DNA of 64,000 nt from a virus. The stretch covers positions 62,660-126,659 of IMG/VR virus record IMGVR_UViG_3300028048_000073; one strand, written 5' to 3'. Under the pieces are notes generated by a model that saw only the letters and a program-made list of their open reading frames with translations, had not been told where the DNA came from and did no database searches. This document shows, one piece after another, positions 48,471 through 56,274 of this stretch. Numbering within the stretch: the first letter of the stretch is position 1; every line of letters starts with the position of its first letter. The position numbers were made by a program, and so were the translations under genes.

Positions 48471-48695
48471 TCATGGCTCAATGATGATAAATGGTTCAAT
48501 AGCCATATAAATATCCTCTTCACTATCTACCCATAGATTTTCAAACTCCATCGCGTGGAGTGCCCCAAGGACAGATTTAGCATTGACTGTAAGACCATTT
48601 CCATCGGTTATTGTAATTCTACCGTTAAGTCTTGCGGCGATAGCTGCAAATTCATTTGCCTGCTTCACTGTATCAATTCTTATTCGATTTCTCAT
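48471..48695 (-). CDS. HPr-like fold protein lacking the active-site His, hypothetical
   Basis: Weak HPr-like pattern: ANEFAAIAARLNGRITITDGNGLTVNAKSVLGAL. Confidence 0.25.
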   Translation of the reverse strand: MRNRIRIDTVKQANEFAAIAARLNGRITITDGNGLTVNAKSVLGALHAMEFENLWVDSEEDIYMAIEPFIIIEP

Positions 48696-48822
48696 ATTAT
48701 AATCTCCTTTAAATTATCTGTAGGGGACTAATTAGTCGATTGGTGGAAGATGTCGGAATCAAACCGCTCCCCGATGTCCCAAACATCGGATGCTATCATC
48801 ACACCCCATCCTCCATATAAAG

Positions 48823-48895
48823 TGACTCCTGCGGGACTCGAACCCAGCGTCTCTGATGTGAAAGACCAGCGTCTTTGCCTCTTGACTAAGGAGCC
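48823..48895 (-). tRNA. tRNA-Glu (anticodon TTC)
   Basis: Cloverleaf with the anticodon loop CTTTCAC and the T-loop TTCGAGT. Confidence 0.65.
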
Positions 48896-49175
48896 ATAAC
48901 ACCTGAGGTTTCCTAACCAATATCACTATTGTAACTCTAACCTCACAAGAGTTGTATATATTTTAATTGGAGGTAATAATGATTAGTTTTCTAGTCTGCG
49001 AAGAGCGCGTTCAGCTTTACGAATCAATCGTAGATTTTTCATTTCTCCCTTTGCCTTAAGGGCTGCAATGCGATTCTCATAATGTAGCTTATCTCTTATC
49101 ATTTAATTTTCTCTCCTTAATTTCTATAAATATTATATCATAATTTTTTATATTTTACAAATAAGGCTTTATAAA

Positions 49176-49249
49176 AGCTACTGGTCCGATTCGAACGGAC
49201 GTGAACGGTTTACAAGACCGACATACTAGACCCCTATATGACAGTAGCA
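49176..49249 (-). tRNA. tRNA-Thr (anticodon TGT)
   Basis: Acceptor stem GCTACTG/CAGTAGC, anticodon loop CTTGTAA, T-arm GTCCG-TTCGAAT-CGGAC. Confidence 0.6.
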
Positions 49250-49310
49250 TATCGGCTTTAAGGTCAGCTAACCGCACATACTTTTTTACTTGGCTATTTG
49301 CTTTCCAATG

Positions 49311-49385
49311 TGGCACCCGCGGAACGATTCGAACGCTCGATCTTTAGATTCGTAGTCTACTGCTTTTTCCGCTAAGCTACACGGG
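49311..49385 (-). tRNA. tRNA-Arg (anticodon ACG), CCA encoded
   Basis: Anticodon loop CTACGAA, T-arm GAGCG-TTCGAAT-CGTTC, ends in GCCA. Confidence 0.7.
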
Positions 49386-49390
49386 CATAT

Positions 49391-49466
49391 TGGTACGGCG
49401 AGAAGGAATTGAACCCTCGACACGCGCCTTAGAAGGGCACTGTTCTTTCCGCTGAACTACCGCCGC
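49391..49466 (-). tRNA. tRNA-Arg (anticodon TCT), CCA encoded
   Basis: Anticodon stem GTGCC/GGCGC with the loop CTTCTAA. T-loop TTCAATT. Confidence 0.7.
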
Positions 49467-49495
49467 ATATTTTCTTTTCTGGTATTCATTGTTAA

Positions 49496-49741
49496 TTATT
49501 CTAAGTTATTGATGATATTATCAAAATTATCTCTAACTTTAAGTAAGTCTTTTTTAGACATCTGTTTTAATAGCATATCTGACGGTAATCCTATGACTGG
49601 ATTCTCCAGTCCTTTTGTTCGTAAAGCGGCAGTTAAATTATTAAATGCAGAACACGCTTCCTCAACGCTACAGTCATTTAGACTATAATAAAGAACATAA
49701 ATGCTATTTTCCAAAAGAGGAATGTTCTCTATATCAACCAT
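49496..49741 (-). CDS. hypothetical protein
   Basis: 81-aa ORF. Confidence 0.3.
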   Translation of the reverse strand: MVDIENIPLLENSIYVLYYSLNDCSVEEACSAFNNLTAALRTKGLENPVIGLPSDMLLKQMSKKDLLKVRDNFDNIINNLE

Positions 49742-49775
49742 GTTTTAAAGCACCTCTTTTTGAGATTTCATATTC

Positions 49776-50516
49776 TTACCATGCAACATATGTATCAAGA
49801 GTTCCGTACGCACACCCAGAGTCATATACTTTACCTTGCTTACCAAAAGGGGTATCAACTATAGCGCCTTTAGATAATGAAGTCGCGGCAAGACAAATAT
49901 AGTCATTTTCGTCACAGACATATCCATTTTCATCCACATGACGTCCCGGTATACATAGACCGCCGCCCGGCAGTACATTCTGTGAGTACCAAGTCCAACG
50001 CCATCCGCCCCAGTAAATTACACCCGCACTCATAAAATTGGTAGGAGTATATTCTGGAACTGTTAATGGTGAAGTTTCTCTTGGTTTCTCCATATCAGTA
50101 TTTGTATCTTCATCTGTTGCAGGCTCTATATCTTCGGGTGTTAACTCGGGGGATAGAATTTCTGCTGATGAAGTTGTTGTTTCTTCTGTGGCAGGCACTT
50201 CATAATAAGTGATTACCACATTTTCAACATTGTTTTCTTTTGGCTGTTGAGTTGAAACAGTCGAAGACAATGCACTTGATGTAACACTCTGATTTGGCGT
50301 CTTTGAAGTGACATTACTTTCTGCTTTTGAAACAGTAGACGATGTAACTCTACTTGAAGTCATTTCATTCTTTACGCTCGAAGTGTTAATTGTTTTACTG
50401 ACTATTGCATCAGGAGTATCAACCGTTTCAACTTTTTCTGAAACTGCAGGCTTGCCACACCCACATAATACCACTAATAAAATTAATGCAATAGCTCTTG
50501 TAAATAATTGTTTCAT
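49776..50516 (-). CDS. Secreted lipoprotein with a Ser/Thr-rich linker and a C-terminal 3D-domain (MltA/YocH-like) peptidoglycan-hydrolase-type fold
   Basis: Signal peptide with the lipobox LCGCG. C-terminal GVIYWGGWRW...GYVCDENDYICLA...VDTPFG, with conserved Asp residues. Confidence 0.5.
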   Translation of the reverse strand: MKQLFTRAIALILLVVLCGCGKPAVSEKVETVDTPDAIVSKTINTSSVKNEMTSSRVTSSTVSKAESNVTSKTPNQSVTSSALSSTVSTQQPKENNVENVVITYYEVPATEETTTSSAEILSPELTPEDIEPATDEDTNTDMEKPRETSPLTVPEYTPTNFMSAGVIYWGGWRWTWYSQNVLPGGGLCIPGRHVDENGYVCDENDYICLAATSLSKGAIVDTPFGKQGKVYDSGCAYGTLDTYVAW

Positions 50517-50682
50517 TTTATTCTCTCCCTTTCTTTTGTGAATACCAGAAAAGGGGCGAAAATAATTGAGGGTCAGATTATTTTCAAGAGTCCATTAAAT
50601 GGAGTAATTTTCTCGCTTCTTATATACCGTTTCCGCACTCGGTCCAAATAGGACAGAAAATTACAAAGACTGTGAACGGATA

Positions 50683-50758
50683 TGGTGCGCGTGGAGGGAA
50701 TTGAACCCTCGACACCGAAATTAAAAGTTTCGTGCTCTGCCAACTGAGCTACACGCGC
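50683..50758 (-). tRNA. tRNA-Lys (anticodon TTT), CCA encoded
   Basis: Perfect cloverleaf: GCGCGTG-TA-GCTCAGTTGGCAGAGC-A-CGAAA-CTTTTAA-TTTCG-GTGTC-GAGGG-TTCAATT-CCCTC-CACGCGC-A-CCA. Confidence 0.9.
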
Positions 50759-51233
50759 ATATTATAGTTGTTATTTGGAAAATTTTAAGGAATATTCCAC
50801 CACAAATTTCATCAAACCTGTTCTATTGGTTGAACGGGACAACTAACTCCGTCACACTATTTACGCAAGTGTTCAACGCTCTGAAAGAGGAAAGAGCGGA
50901 TGAGGGGTGATGCTCCCCCGTATCGAGTTTGGAAGACTCGCATTCTACTGTTGAATTACATCCGCAAAAAGCATCCTTAGGTCGGCTAACCGCGCATTTG
51001 TTGATTGCTGGAATTTTTGCTTTTCCAATACGGGCTTTTGGGGAACCACCCCTTCGACGAGGTTTCTCCCCTCGTAATTATTATCTTGGCGGAAAGCGAA
51101 CCACCAGACTCGTTACGTGATATCGGACGCTAATTGTTGACCCGCAAATTAGTTTAGGACTATAACATCTCGGAGTGCATAGTATTCCGTAGTTTTTCGA
51201 CTGGTGAAGTCAAGGCACTAAAACTTCCTTAAG

Positions 51234-51306
51234 CTCTTGGGGCGGGGCACGATCCCGCGACCTTCAGTTTAACAGACTGTTGCTCTACCAGCTGAGCTAC
51301 CCAAGA
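51234..51306 (-). tRNA. tRNA-Asn (anticodon GTT), with a non-canonical T-loop
   Basis: GCTCAGCTGGTAGAGC D-arm, anticodon loop CTGTTAA, T-arm GCGGG-ATCGTGC-CCCGC, and a U1-A72 pair. Confidence 0.6.
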
Positions 51307-51313
51307 ATATAAG

Positions 51314-51387
51314 TGGTAGAGGGTAGAGGTTACGCTCCTCTGCCTCAAGGGTCAAAGCCTTGCGCGCTACTATTACGCCAACCCTCC
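51314..51387 (-). tRNA. tRNA-Gln (anticodon TTG), with a non-canonical T-loop
   Basis: Anticodon stem CAAGG/CCTTG with the loop CTTTGAC. T-arm AGAGG-AGCGTAA-CCTCT. G1-U72. CCA encoded. Confidence 0.6.
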
Positions 51388-51465
51388 ATATAAAAGCAGG
51401 ATTTTTTACAACTTACCTGCATAATGTTGGAAAAGGTGGTATCATATATTTGTACTCAATAATAG

Positions 51466-51537
51466 CGGTTCTAAGGAGAGTTGAACTCCTGTATCCAATG
51501 TGATAGGCGGATGTAATGACCGTTATACGATAGAACC
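51466..51537 (-). tRNA. tRNA-like gene with a degenerate anticodon arm; possibly a pseudo-tRNA
   Basis: Perfect acceptor stem (GGTTCTA/TAGAACC) and T-arm (AGGAG-TTCAACT-CTCCT), but the anticodon stem has only 2-3 base pairs. Confidence 0.3.
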
Positions 51538-51589
51538 AAATCTAATCGGTTTAGGTTTTTCCTCCGCGACGATACCGAAAAACTGGAGG

Positions 51590-51665
51590 TGGTTGCAGTG
51601 ACGAGATTCGAACTCGTGATTTACAGCTTATGAGGCTGTCGACGTAACCGCTGGTCTACACTGCG
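51590..51665 (-). tRNA. tRNA-Met (anticodon CAT), initiator-like with a C1xA72 mismatch
   Basis: Anticodon stem ACAGC/GCTGT with the loop CTCATAA. T-arm ACGAG-TTCGAAT-CTCGT. 5'-CGCAGTG and CACTGCA-3' leave positions 1 and 72 unpaired. CCA encoded. Confidence 0.65.
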
Positions 51666-51694
51666 ATATCTGCTTTTGTTTTTTAATTCTCTCA

Positions 51695-51737
51695 AACTTT
51701 CTATATATATTATATCAAATTTTTTGAGAATTTTCAA
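51695..51737 (-). promoter_or_regulatory. Conserved early promoter driving the tRNA-Met gene
   Basis: The reverse complement reads TTGAAA-N17-TATAAT-ATATATAGAAAGTTTGAG. Confidence 0.6.
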
Positions 51738-51982
51738 GTTGGTTTTCTTTATCTTGCTAAAGGCGCCTCGCTGCAAGCTGGTTGTCTGGGGGTTTCTCGC
51801 CCTCACCCCTCTGGTAGTTTTCCTTCTCCTAATAACGGCTCGTTTTCCAAAGCTGGAGGAAGTTTCTTTCTGGTTAATACTTCCAAATACCACTCTTCTT
51901 GTTTAATGTCGAAAAGAGCAAAAGTTGACAAGTTGGTTTATTTTAATGTCTGATGGGTAACAACCATATCCCGATTTGACAA

Positions 51983-52056
51983 TGGAGCAGAGAATGGGAG
52001 TCGAACCCATCTGAAATGTTTTGCAGACATTTACCTGACCGCTCGGACATCTCCGC
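51983..52056 (-). tRNA. tRNA-Cys (anticodon GCA), CCA encoded
   Basis: Anticodon stem AATGT/ACATT with the loop CTGCAAA. T-arm ATGGG-TTCGACT-CCCAT. Confidence 0.7.
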
Positions 52057-52070
52057 ATATTTATTTTTTT

Positions 52071-52116
52071 CTTAACTTTCTATATATATTATAACAAATT
52101 TTTTTAGATTTTTCAA
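52071..52116 (-). promoter_or_regulatory. Conserved early promoter driving tRNA-Cys
   Basis: TTGAAA-N17-TATAAT-ATATATAGAAAGTTAAG. Confidence 0.6.
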
Positions 52117-52332
52117 ATAAGGTTTTTTCGCGGAGTGCGGTGGGGAAAATCCCAAGCGCCCGCACTCCCCAATCGTTGTACAACTAATTTGGCTGTCTTA
52201 CAAGTAGCCAAGGGAATCAAACCCCACAGGACTGTTCTTCAACTTTTTTACGCCATAACGTTGCGCCAGAGTTTGCCAACAATAAAATCAACTCTCTGAT
52301 AAACGGCACCCTTGTCCCTATGAGTGCTGGGG

Positions 52333-52394
52333 GAACATTTATACAGCCGTTCCATACACTGAGGAACATTTATACAGCCGTTCCATACACTGAT
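52333..52394. repeat. Tandem direct repeat of 2 x 31 bp, each unit a hairpin, directly downstream of the tRNA-Ser 3' end
   Basis: GAACATTTATACAGCCGTTCCATACACTGA(G/T) appears twice in tandem. Each unit contains GGAAC...GTTCC. Confidence 0.6.
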
Positions 52395-52484
52395 TGGCAC
52401 TAAGGGTGGGATTTGAACCCACGGACCTATTACAGTCGGGAATTTTCAAGATTCCTACATTAAGCCAGACTCTGACACCTTAGC
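52395..52484 (-). tRNA. tRNA-Ser (anticodon TGA), class II with a long variable arm, CCA encoded
   Basis: Anticodon stem GGAAT/ATTCC with the loop CTTGAAA. A 17-nt variable arm. T-arm TGGG-TTCAAAT-CCCA. Confidence 0.8.
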
Positions 52485-52838
52485 ATATTATGTGGATTTT
52501 AGTGGCGGAGATTATCCACGGAACTCTATACTTTTAAGGCAAGTAGCCATAGCCTAAGTAGAGGATAGAGGTTATGCTTCTCTTTTACACGATCCTCAAC
52601 CGCGGTCGTGCGTTTTTACTGATTAAACTAATCCTCAATATAGTGCCAACCATTTCCTATTGGCATGGAGTAGGTTTTCATCTCCCATATGTCCGCAAAC
52701 ATATGCCGCTATTCTGGTACGGGTATGCTATATCGGAGTCAAGTACTTGCAGTTCTTCTTTCAAAGTTTTTTTATTCAGTAACAGACCTTTGTAACTTGC
52801 AATCATTACTCATGATCGACACCTAATCCGAAACCCGT

Positions 52839-52924
52839 TGGTGGGTGAAGAGGGTAACGCTCCCACTCGAACCATAGGTACGGGTTTTACAGACCCGCTC
52901 GTCTCTTTAACGATTTACTCACCC
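52839..52924 (-). tRNA. tRNA-Tyr (anticodon GTA), class II, CCA encoded
   Basis: Acceptor stem GGGTGAG/TTCACCC. Anticodon stem CGGGT/ACCCG with the loop CTGTAAA. A 14-nt variable arm. T-arm GTGGG-AGCGTTA-CCCTC with a non-canonical loop. Confidence 0.6.
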
Positions 52925-53149
52925 AGATATCTACTCCGTCGCCCCTCATGGGCTTATTCGGGACGGAAGTCACGCCGAGACCGCTTTACTCCCTCTAAGT
53001 GAAAGCTGTCATAAAAACTTGCGGACGCTTTAGTTTCACCGCATTACCCTTATCTTACTTTGCTATTGCTCAAAGATGACGTCCATTCTTCGTGCGCGGG
53101 GTCATTGGTTAGCCCAACTTTTTATTTTAACATCGCAGTCAACGATGGC

Positions 53150-53284
53150 TGGTAGCGGTAACGGGACTTGAACCCGTACGAGCAACTGCCCAACGGATTT
53201 TTGGAGCCAATACAAAGTGCTGCCCTTTGTTATTGCGACTGCGCATCGGCAAGTCCGTCGTGTCTGCCATTCCACCATACCGCC
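53150..53284 (-). tRNA. tRNA-Leu-like gene of 135 nt with a 49-nt insertion in the anticodon loop at position 34/35; the inferred mature anticodon is TAA
   Basis: The 5' half GGCGGTA-TG-GTGGAATGGCAGACAC-G-ACGGA-CTT and the 3' half AAAA-TCCGT-TGGGCAGTTGCTCGT-ACGGG-TTCAAGT-CCCGT-TACCGCT-A-CCA are canonical. The D-arm is shared with the Leu(TAG) and (CAA) tRNAs. The insertion GCCGATGCGCAGTCGCAATAACAAAGGGCAGCACTTTGTATTGGCTCCA lies between U34 and A35. Confidence 0.5.
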
Positions 53285-53380
53285 ATTTTTATCATCATCA
53301 GTCTTTATTGGCGCAAATGTCTCTAATTTAGAAGTCTTTGCTTGTATAAATGTCGATGATGATTGTTTAGAAAGTTTTTT

Positions 53381-53426
53381 CTTAACTTTCTATATATATT
53401 ATAACAAAAATTTTTAAATTTTTCAA
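53381..53426 (-). promoter_or_regulatory. Conserved early promoter driving the long Leu-like tRNA
   Basis: TTGAAA-N17-TATAAT-ATATATAGAAAGTTAAG. Confidence 0.6.
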
Positions 53427-53537
53427 TTTAAGCATTTTTGTTATCGGTCAGTTTTTTAAGAAACGCCCGCACTGAGGGCGGAAAGCAGTTGCCCAAGTTG
53501 CCCGAGGAATGATCCTCTACGTTTCTCAATAGGCAAG

Positions 53538-53620
<83 letters not shown>

Positions 53621-53806
53621 AAATCCATACGGTAGTTTTACAGGTAAAAACTACCAAATCCCCGTTACCTCGACTTTTCTACCCCGTTTTCAACCTTCAA
53701 ATATGAGGTCTCTCAGCTTGTTCTTCAGCTCAGGCAACTCCACGGCTCTGGTTCTATTTTCATACGACAGCTCAAGCCAGTATCTGACGGGTTTTTAAGT
53801 TTTTTC

Positions 53807-53852
53807 CTTAACTTTCTATATATATTATAACAAAAATTTTTAAATTTTTCAA
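53807..53852 (-). promoter_or_regulatory. Conserved early promoter driving tRNA-Leu(TAG)
   Basis: TTGAAA-N17-TATAAT-ATATATAGAAAGTTAAG. Confidence 0.6.
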
Positions 53853-53882
53853 TTTAAGCATTTTTGTTATAATGCTTAAAAG

Positions 53883-53957
53883 CACGGGACAACAGATTCG
53901 AACTGTTAAACACTTGCCTCTAATGGCAAGCGGCTTTACCAATTTGCCTAATCCCGT
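53883..53957 (-). tRNA. Atypical tRNA with an 8-nt anticodon loop CAUUAGAG; candidate suppressor or frameshift tRNA
   Basis: All other elements have standard lengths: ACGGGAT-TA-GGCAAATTGGTAAAGCC-G-CTTGC-[CATTAGAG]-GCAAG-TGTTT-AACAG-TTCGAAT-CTGTT-GTCCCGT-G. Alternatively the stem is 6 bp and the loop 6 nt. The loop contains both UUA and UAG triplets. A1-U72 and G73 resemble Gln-type identity elements. Confidence 0.55.
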
Positions 53958-54030
53958 ATGTTTCAAACGTGGGCAGATGCTTATTCTAATATATCACATT
54001 AACCACGCTTGTTATAACTGCCCCGTTGAA

Positions 54031-54107
54031 TGGTAGGTTGTTTGGGACTCGAACCCAAAAAATCCACTTTTTGAGAGTGGCGTGTCTGCCAATTGCACCA
54101 ACAACCC
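54031..54107 (-). tRNA. tRNA with anticodon CAA and a Leu-type D-arm but a class I short variable loop, CCA encoded
   Basis: GGGTTGT-TG-GTGCAATTGGCAGACAC-G-CCACT-CTCAAAA-AGTGG-ATTTT-TTGGG-TTCGAGT-CCCAA-ACAACCT-A-CCA. Confidence 0.65.
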
Positions 54108-54204
54108 ATATATGGTAAAGACTGTGCTGTTAAATTTTACACCATATTTGCCTGTCTAAAGCGGGGGTCAAGAACTTTTTAAAGAAAATTCTAAAAACTT
54201 TTTC

Positions 54205-54248
54205 AAATCTTGTATATATATTATATCAAAATTTTTGAAGTTTTTCAA
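54205..54248 (-). promoter_or_regulatory. Conserved early promoter driving tRNA(CAA)
   Basis: TTGAAA-N17-TATAAT-ATATATACAAG. Confidence 0.55.
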
Positions 54249-54339
54249 ATAAAAGAATTTATTATCAAGAACGGTGAGACTTTCCTTCAGCTTTCTCCGA
54301 TTTCATTGATTAAACGCTTAATAATAATTTTCTTTTATT

Positions 54340-54376
54340 GTATATTTATTATAACAAAAATTTTGAAAATTTTCAA
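54340..54376 (-). promoter_or_regulatory. Conserved early promoter
   Basis: TTGAAA-N17-TATAAT. Confidence 0.5.
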
Positions 54377-54574
54377 TTAAGGGGAACCTGTTCATAATCA
54401 TATACTTTATGCCCCGTGCCTTGAGTCTCAAGAAACTCGATCTCTTCTTGCAAAGCTGCATAAGTGGTATAGACTCCATAAATGTATGCTCTGCTATTAG
54501 TATAATCGTGTGTCAAAAGAACCCAAACATAACCTTCTATGTCTTTTCCCATTAATATACCCCATTTCTTTTTT

Positions 54575-54615
54575 TATTGTATAATAATTATACCAAAAAT
54601 TTTTATATTTTTCAA
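54575..54615 (-). promoter_or_regulatory. Conserved early promoter
   Basis: TTGAAA-N17-TATAAT. Confidence 0.5.
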
Positions 54616-54721
54616 ATTGGGTTTTCTTTGTTGAGTTCAGTCTGTCGAAGTCAGGCGCGCCAACGGGAAGGTCATACTCAACTGGCGCCCATATATGAAA
54701 GCTGAAATTTATTTTCAACTT

Positions 54722-54762
54722 TCATTGTATATATATTATATCAAATTTTTTAATATTTTTCA
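54722..54762 (-). promoter_or_regulatory. Conserved early promoter
   Basis: TTGAAA-N17-TATAAT-ATATATACAATG. Confidence 0.5.
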
Positions 54763-54947
54763 AATAAATGATTTAATCTGTCAATGTTATTTATAAAGAG
54801 AGGCTCAACACAAAAACTCCAATCTGGACGTTCAGCTTGAATAGTTTCAATAACTTCAGCAAGTTGAGCTTCCTCATAAACGCCAACAGTATGTGATATG
54901 CCAGAAAATTCATACGGTCTCATTTGAACAAGAAAAACTCTATTCAT
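54750..54947 (-). CDS. small hypothetical protein
   Basis: 65-aa ORF downstream of a promoter copy. Confidence 0.3.
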   Translation of the reverse strand: MNRVFLVQMRPYEFSGISHTVGVYEEAQLAEVIETIQAERPDWSFCVEPLFINNIDRLNHLFEKY

Positions 54948-54961
54948 AAAACGCTCCTTTT

Positions 54962-55004
54962 TTTATTGTATATATATTATATCAAAATTTTTGATAATTT
55001 TCAA
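54962..55004 (-). promoter_or_regulatory. Conserved early promoter
   Basis: TTGAAA-N17-TATAAT-ATATATACAAT. Confidence 0.5.
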
Positions 55005-55063
55005 ATTTTTTGTATTTTAATATAAAGTTTTTCAAAGCTACATTAAACATTTTTGCCCACGGT

Positions 55064-55357
55064 TTAATCACCAACATAAAATTTTTTTTCTCTTGCTATT
55101 CTATTAATTGTGTTTTTAAAGCGTCGCATATCTGACTGCTTCCGCCATTTAAATAAAAGCACACCTTTTTTTGAAAGATATAGAACTTCTGCATGAAAAG
55201 TTTCAACCAATAGCTTGACATATTCAGCAGGCGAAATTTCAAGCAGTCTAGGCACAATCCACCACATAGCGTATTTTAAACCATGAGATACATTATTGCA
55301 ATGCCAAGTTCCCAATGCAGCATCTTGCCATTCTGTCATTTTATATATTTCTTTCAT
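55064..55357 (-). CDS. hypothetical protein
   Basis: 97-aa ORF. Confidence 0.3.
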   Translation of the reverse strand: MKEIYKMTEWQDAALGTWHCNNVSHGLKYAMWWIVPRLLEISPAEYVKLLVETFHAEVLYLSKKGVLLFKWRKQSDMRRFKNTINRIAREKKFYVGD

Positions 55358-55366
55358 AATATAACC

Positions 55367-55666
55367 TCACTTTCTGCGGCAAGACTTTTTCCAATAGGCG
55401 TAATAATCTTCTTCTGTCGGATATTCTTTATGAAAATAATGATATCCTATTTGATGTGTTAATCGCCAATAGTATTTTTTAGCTTCTCGCCATGAGTAGT
55501 AATAAGGAGAATATCCCCAATAGTCAATAACATACTTTTTATATGCCGAACCATTTGCGGGGGTCTCCTTGTTTTTCATATGTCTAAAACGACGATTTCT
55601 TTCACGACGAGAGTGATGCCTACTACCCCATCTTTCAACAGGATGCTTTCTATAAGACCTACTCAT
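55367..55666 (-). CDS. small basic protein rich in Arg, Tyr and Trp, hypothetical
   Basis: 99-aa ORF. Confidence 0.3.
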   Translation of the reverse strand: MSRSYRKHPVERWGSRHHSRRERNRRFRHMKNKETPANGSAYKKYVIDYWGYSPYYYSWREAKKYYWRLTHQIGYHYFHKEYPTEEDYYAYWKKSCRRK

Positions 55667-55685
55667 AAGAAGACCCCCTTTAACG

Positions 55686-55970
55686 TTATTCTATCCGCGC
55701 CCCCAAAGCTCTTATCATCGCTTCAATATCAGCTTTTTCTGCATCAGTAGGAGCTGTGAAATCAATATTTATTTCTTTTGCGGCGGGAGCCTCTTTAGCG
55801 CTGCCACCAAGCAAATTTTTTGCAGCCGTCATTTGAATCTTAATTTCAACTGTTTCACCATTCTCTTGCCACGGAATACGCAAGATTTTTGCATCTTCCA
55901 TAAATGAGTTGGGAAAAGTTTCCTTTAACTTTTCCAAAATTTCCTGCTTGGCTTGACTACCTTTTACCAT
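55686..55970 (-). CDS. hypothetical protein
   Basis: The start is taken at the internal Met MVKGSQ to avoid a 77-nt overlap. Confidence 0.3.
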   Translation of the reverse strand: MVKGSQAKQEILEKLKETFPNSFMEDAKILRIPWQENGETVEIKIQMTAAKNLLGGSAKEAPAAKEINIDFTAPTDAEKADIEAMIRALGARIE

Positions 55971-56214
55971 TCTTCTGTACCCCTTCCATCCCTTCAATCC
56001 ATGACATTTCGCAAATATCTTGTACAGCATCATCCATATCCGTTACAATGAGTTCCATTGAAACCATTGAGATATCATCTTCGCCATAATAGTGACAAAG
56101 ATGCTCTAATGCCTCATTATAGGTACAGCCAAAAGTGATACCTTTAGCCTCTGCTATACTTCCATTCTTCTTCGTTTCATCATAGAATTGGACATAATAC
56201 CTATAAAAATACAT
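55957..56214 (-). CDS. hypothetical acidic protein
   Basis: 85-aa ORF. Confidence 0.3.
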   Translation of the reverse strand: MYFYRYYVQFYDETKKNGSIAEAKGITFGCTYNEALEHLCHYYGEDDISMVSMELIVTDMDDAVQDICEMSWIEGMEGVQKNGKR

Positions 56215-56228
56215 TCGGAAATCTCCTT

Positions 56229-56274
56229 TCCTTAACTTTCTATATTTATTATATCAAATTTTTTTAGAATTATC
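56229..56274 (-). promoter_or_regulatory. Conserved early promoter with a TTGATA -35 variant
   Basis: TTGATA-N17-TATAAT-AAATATAGAAAGTTAAGGAAAGGAG. Confidence 0.5.

Noticed and set aside
48741-48810. Possible tRNA-Pro(TGG) with an anticodon-like hairpin CCGATG-TTTGGGA-CATCGG and a terminal ...CCACCA
   Set aside because: No acceptor stem or T-stem pairing could be found in either orientation. Left unannotated. It may be a hairpin or a degenerate tRNA remnant
50780-51230. tmRNA or RNase P RNA hypothesis for the GC-rich structured region
   Set aside because: No tRNA-like 5' and 3' acceptor pairing is present, no resume codon or tag ORF ending in ...LAA, and no RNase P conserved-region motifs such as GGAAAGTCCGGGCTCC-like. 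It is retained only as an unclassified structured region
54497-54718. 73-aa minus ORF
   Set aside because: Its reading frame runs straight through a complete promoter copy at 54575-54615 and into the ribosome-binding site and start of the next micro-ORF. At most a short N-terminal peptide is plausible
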